The notes under the pieces were generated by a model. The model saw nothing but the letters and a program-made list of their open reading frames with translations, ran no database searches and was not told the DNA's origin. The translations under genes were made by a program, and so were the position numbers. A DNA stretch of 19,602 bases. Origin: Armatimonadia bacterium (GTDB taxonomy: Bacteria > Armatimonadota > Zipacnadia > Zipacnadales > UBA11051). Position 1 is the first letter of the stretch, and each line of letters opens with the position of its first letter. Below, in pieces: positions 16,066-19,602 of the stretch. The DNA is taken from assembly GCA_039683575.1 (NCBI GenBank), contig JBDKRC010000231.1:1-19602 (forward strand), read 5' to 3'.

Positions 16066-17052
16066 CTACACTGGTCCGCCGGGGCAGTACTTGCCCGCCG
16101 CCGCTATCGCGGCCTCCATATTGCGCTCTGGCGTCCCGCGCCCGGGGTATAGCTGTACCCGCCAGCAGCCGCTGTCCACCAGCACCTTGACCCGCTCGTC
16201 AATCTGCGCCGGAGACAGCTCCAGCATCTCCTGCGGGATAAGTTGTGTCCAGAACCTCTCCCCCATGATCTCGTACATATCCTCCAGGCTCACTTCCTTG
16301 CACCCCGCGCCATGGAAGTCAGTAATCCCCACCTCATCCCGCGCGATTCTCAAGTGCTCGGCCCTCAGAAGCTCGCTGTGCATGAACCGCTGCTCGGACT
16401 CTCCGTATAGCCGCTGGTAGCATGGTACCGCGAATTCGCGGTACATGGCTGGCGACAGCAACCCGGAGAAATCGTCGCCAGTATAGCCAAACGAGGTGAA
16501 GGTCCCCCCGCACAGTTCCGCGCCAAACCTCGCGAGGCCCTCTTCGGCATCCATCAGCAGGTCCAGCAGCCGCCGCATCGCCTCGGGCTTCTCATAGAAC
16601 CACATCATCGCCTGCCCCGCGCTCATCTCACACGCGTGACTGGTAATCGCTCCGCCTGCCCCACCAAATCCGACTTGATAGCCCCGTTCGCGGTAGTACT
16701 GCCAGCGCTCATACCGCTTTGCCATCAGCCCCGTGGTCCGCGGATCGCCCATCTTCACATGCTCGAGGTGCTCCGGGTCGGTCACCAGCGGGTGCCGCGT
16801 ATCCAGGTACGGGATCTCATCTTCCTCGGGCTCGATCACCGCCATCCCCAGCATCGAGAGGAAGTCACAGCTTGGCCCCTCGGGCACTGGCTGTATGAAC
16901 CGCCCCACGCCGAAACGTCGCTCGGCATACTCCTTCGCCGCAAGCTGCGCCTCCAGCATGACCGCCGGCGAGCCGTAGTAGTCGTGGTAGGTCACGCCTG
17001 CATACTCGGTGTAGGTCACGTTGCAGAAGGCGATATGCCACTTGGGGTCCAT
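16066..17052 (-). CDS. Divergent uroporphyrinogen decarboxylase / methyltransferase-fold protein (328 aa)
   Basis: FYEKPEAMRRLLD, GDDFSGLLSPAMYREFAVPCYQRLY, RFMHSE, GTPERNMEAAI. ATG 17052 has GAGGAG 7 nt upstream. Confidence 0.82.
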   Translation of the reverse strand: MDPKWHIAFCNVTYTEYAGVTYHDYYGSPAVMLEAQLAAKEYAERRFGVGRFIQPVPEGPSCDFLSMLGMAVIEPEEDEIPYLDTRHPLVTDPEHLEHVKMGDPRTTGLMAKRYERWQYYRERGYQVGFGGAGGAITSHACEMSAGQAMMWFYEKPEAMRRLLDLLMDAEEGLARFGAELCGGTFTSFGYTGDDFSGLLSPAMYREFAVPCYQRLYGESEQRFMHSELLRAEHLRIARDEVGITDFHGAGCKEVSLEDMYEIMGERFWTQLIPQEMLELSPAQIDERVKVLVDSGCWRVQLYPGRGTPERNMEAAIAAAGKYCPGGPV

Positions 17053-17085
17053 GCCCGGGCTCCTCAGGTGAAAGGTGGCGGTAGA

Positions 17086-17112
17086 TTGGTCCTGGGTGTC
17101 TCTGGTTCCTTC
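17086..17112 (-). promoter_or_regulatory. sigmaH-like promoter for gene 16066-17052
   Basis: Minus strand GAAGGA-N17-CCAA(T). Confidence 0.5.
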
Positions 17113-17116
17113 CCCG

Positions 17117-17143
17117 GCAGGGCTTTGCCGCACCTGTGGCGAA
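17117..17143 (+). promoter_or_regulatory. sigmaH-like promoter for the beta-helix gene
   Basis: GCAGGG(17117-17122)-N17-CGAA(17140-17143). Confidence 0.55.
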
Positions 17144-17180
17144 CATCTACCCTCACAACTTTGCCATGGGAGATGAACAG

Positions 17181-19602
17181 ATGACCTGCCCCCTTCTCCT
17201 TACTGTGCTCCTCGTGCTCTGCTGTGTCACAGCTGCCCTCGCCGCCCCCGCCACTCTCTACGTCGCCCCCAACGGCAACGACTCTTGGTCCGGCAAACTC
17301 CCCCGCCCCAACGCTGCGCGTTCCGATGGTCCTGTTGCGACCATCGCACGTGCCCGCGACGAGGTCCGCAGCCTGAAGGCCACCAACCCCGGCGGCATCT
17401 GCGTCGAGATCGCCGCCGGAATCTATGAACTCCCGGCTGCTCTCGAACTCACCGCCGCCGACTCCGGCTCACCCACCTGCCCGGTCGAGTACCGGGGCAA
17501 GGGCGAGGTCCGCCTCGTCGGCGGCCGCACCCTTGGCGGCTGGAGTGTTGTCAAAGACCCGGCGATCCTCAAACGCCTCCCAGCCTGCGCCCGCGGCAAG
17601 GTATACCAGACCGACCTCAAAGCCGCCGGCATCACCGACCTGGCAGGCATCAACAACGCCGGAGTCTACCGCTCTGATCCGGGTCTTGAGGTCTTCTTCC
17701 GCGACCAGGCGATGACCCTTGCCCGCTACCCCAACACTGGCTACAAGCGGCTTGCGGAGGTCCTTGATAATGAAGGCAACCCCGGCAAGTCGGGCATGGC
17801 CGAGACGGCCGCCGGGCGCTTCGTCTGCGACGATCCCCGCCCCGCCGCCTGGCAAGGCGAGAAAGACATCTGGCTGCACGGCTTCTGGGTCTACGACTGG
17901 TCTGATGAGCGGATTCAGCTCGGGTCAGTAGACCCCCAGAAGAACATCATCAGCCTCCAGCCCCGGCCCGGCCGAACGTATCGTCTGCGCAAGAACCAGT
18001 GGTTCTACGCCCTGAACGTCCTGCCCGAGCTCGACACCCCCGGCGAATGGTATCTCGACCGCGACACCGGCCTGCTCTACTTCTGGCCGCCTTCGCCCCT
18101 CTCGAAGGGCAAGGCCGTGGTGTCTACTGTCCGCGATCTTATCCGCCTCAAGGACGTTTCCGACGTCACTTTCCGCGGCCTCACCCTCGAAACCGGCCGC
18201 GGCAGCGCCGTCCTGGTCAACGGCGGCAGCAACGTCCGCGTTGTCGGCTGCACGATCCGCAACATGGGCAACTGGGCCGTCCGCGTCTCAGGCGGCGCCA
18301 GCCATGGCGTTGTCGGCTGCGACATCTACCAGACTGGTCAGGGCGGCATCAGCCTCGAGGGCGGCAACCGCAAGACCCTCACCCCGGCCGGCCACTACGC
18401 CGACAACAACCACATTCACCACACCTCACGCTGGGACCCCGTCTACCAGCAGGCCATCGCCCTGCGCGGGGTTGGCAACAGCGCCACCCACAACCTCATC
18501 GACAACGTCCCGCACATTGCCATAGGTTTTGCCGACAATGACATGACCATCGAGTACAACGAAATCCACAGTTCCGTCTATCAGTCGAATGACGCCGGGG
18601 CGATCTACACCTCGCCGCCCGACGAAACCTGGTCCATGCGCGGGCACAAGATTCGCTACAACTACCTCCACAATATCCACGGGTTCGAGAGCCGCGGCTG
18701 CATGGGCGTCTACCTCGACGACTGCTTCTCTTCCGCGGACATCTCCCACAATATCTTCTACGACGTCGCCAACGGCATCCTGATCGGCGGCGGCCGCGAC
18801 AACTCTATCAGCAATAACATGTTCATCAACTGCCGCGTCGCCTTCACCCTCGACGCACGCGGCCTTGGCTGGGCCAAGGGTGTGGGCACTTTCGCTACCA
18901 AAGAGCTCCTCGACCTCAACTACAAGCAGCCGCCGTGGTCGCTCAAGTACCCGGAACTGCTTGGCATCCTCGAGGACGAGCCCCTCGCGCCCAAGGGCAA
19001 CTCCATCGCCAACAACGTGTGCTGGGGCGGCCCGTGGGGCCGCATCGAGCCCAGGGTGGCTGCACTGGTCAAGGTGCAGGACAACCTGATAGACGTTGAC
19101 CCGCAGTTCGTCGGCCGGCCACCAAAGAGCTTCCGTCTCGCCGCCGATTCCCCCGCCCGCAAGCTCGGCTTCAGGCCCATCCCGTTCAACAGGATCGGCC
19201 TGTACGAGAGCCCTGACCGCGCCTCCTGGCCAGTCACCTCAGTCCTGCGCCAAGACCCGCCACTACCCGCCGCCAAGGCCAAGCCCGCCACTGCACGCAA
19301 AGCCACCCTTGCGCCAGTGTTTGACGTGCCACGCCGCCAGGCCGCCGTCACCATAGACGGCAACGTTGCGCCAGAGGAATGGCTGGGCCTCGACCCGGCG
19401 AAGGGACTGGTGCTGCAGGAGGGAGTAGACGGTGAGAAGTGCCAGTTCAAGACACAGGCGTGGATGATGTGGGATGACGACGCTCTCTACGTGGCCTTCG
19501 ACAACACGGTGGATAAGCGCCAGCAGATGAACCTGGACAGTGCGTGGGGTGGCAGCGACGCCGTGGAAGTCTCGATCAGTAACGCCGCCTCGGGGATCAA
19601 GG
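17181..19602 (+). CDS. Secreted right-handed parallel beta-helix protein (GH141-like) with a following CBM9-like domain; 3'-partial, >800 aa
   Basis: Missing from the ORF track because it runs off the window. Translated by hand: signal peptide MTCPLLLTVLLVLCCVTAALA, LYVAPNGND, DGPVATIARARD, MTLARYPN, WLHGFWVYDWSD, ELDTPGEWYLD, DAGAIY, GVYLDD, GFRPIPFNRIGLY, then TIDGNVAPEEW and WDDDALYVAF in the same frame. GGGAGA RBS 7 nt upstream. Confidence 0.9.
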   Translation, partial: MTCPLLLTVLLVLCCVTAALAAPATLYVAPNGNDSWSGKLPRPNAARSDGPVATIARARDEVRSLKATNPGGICVEIAAGIYELPAALELTAADSGSPTCPVEYRGKGEVRLVGGRTLGGWSVVKDPAILKRLPACARGKVYQTDLKAAGITDLAGINNAGVYRSDPGLEVFFRDQAMTLARYPNTGYKRLAEVLDNEGNPGKSGMAETAAGRFVCDDPRPAAWQGEKDIWLHGFWVYDWSDERIQLGSVDPQKNIISLQPRPGRTYRLRKNQWFYALNVLPELDTPGEWYLDRDTGLLYFWPPSPLSKGKAVVSTVRDLIRLKDVSDVTFRGLTLETGRGSAVLVNGGSNVRVVGCTIRNMGNWAVRVSGGASHGVVGCDIYQTGQGGISLEGGNRKTLTPAGHYADNNHIHHTSRWDPVYQQAIALRGVGNSATHNLIDNVPHIAIGFADNDMTIEYNEIHSSVYQSNDAGAIYTSPPDETWSMRGHKIRYNYLHNIHGFESRGCMGVYLDDCFSSADISHNIFYDVANGILIGGGRDNSISNNMFINCRVAFTLDARGLGWAKGVGTFATKELLDLNYKQPPWSLKYPELLGILEDEPLAPKGNSIANNVCWGGPWGRIEPRVAALVKVQDNLIDVDPQFVGRPPKSFRLAADSPARKLGFRPIPFNRIGLYESPDRASWPVTSVLRQDPPLPAAKAKPATARKATLAPVFDVPRRQAAVTIDGNVAPEEWLGLDPAKGLVLQEGVDGEKCQFKTQAWMMWDDDALYVAFDNTVDKRQQMNLDSAWGGSDAVEVSISNAASGIK

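Noticed and set aside
17423-19450. Short ORF-track ORFs in the right-hand 2.2 kb
   Set aside because: All are alternative frames of the single gene starting at 17181.
1-19602. tRNA, rRNA, riboswitch or IS element
   Set aside because: Intergenic gaps are short and none shows a recognisable RNA motif or transposase. An Infernal/Rfam scan would be needed to exclude small RNAs fully.

Overview
GC-rich bacterial window; gene content and an apparent diderm envelope suggest Armatimonadota or a similar lineage (inference only). Most genes look like secreted-glycan catabolism: three large signal-peptide putative glycoside hydrolases with accessory carbohydrate-binding domains, a GH141-like beta-helix protein that runs off the right edge and is absent from the ORF track, two divergent URO-D/MtaA-fold proteins and a DegT-family aminotransferase. 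The most unusual feature is a self-contained, translationally coupled operon of three paralogous secretins (5295-10107) with no ATPase, pilin, platform or pilotin gene in the window; the middle copy has a degenerate secretin core. Also seen: back-to-back sigmaH-like promoter motifs (GMAGGN-N17-NSAA) in all three divergent intergenic regions, GTRG-type REP elements, a palindrome cluster next to a probable gene remnant, a CBM that appears circularly permuted, and G/C skew domains independent of gene orientation.
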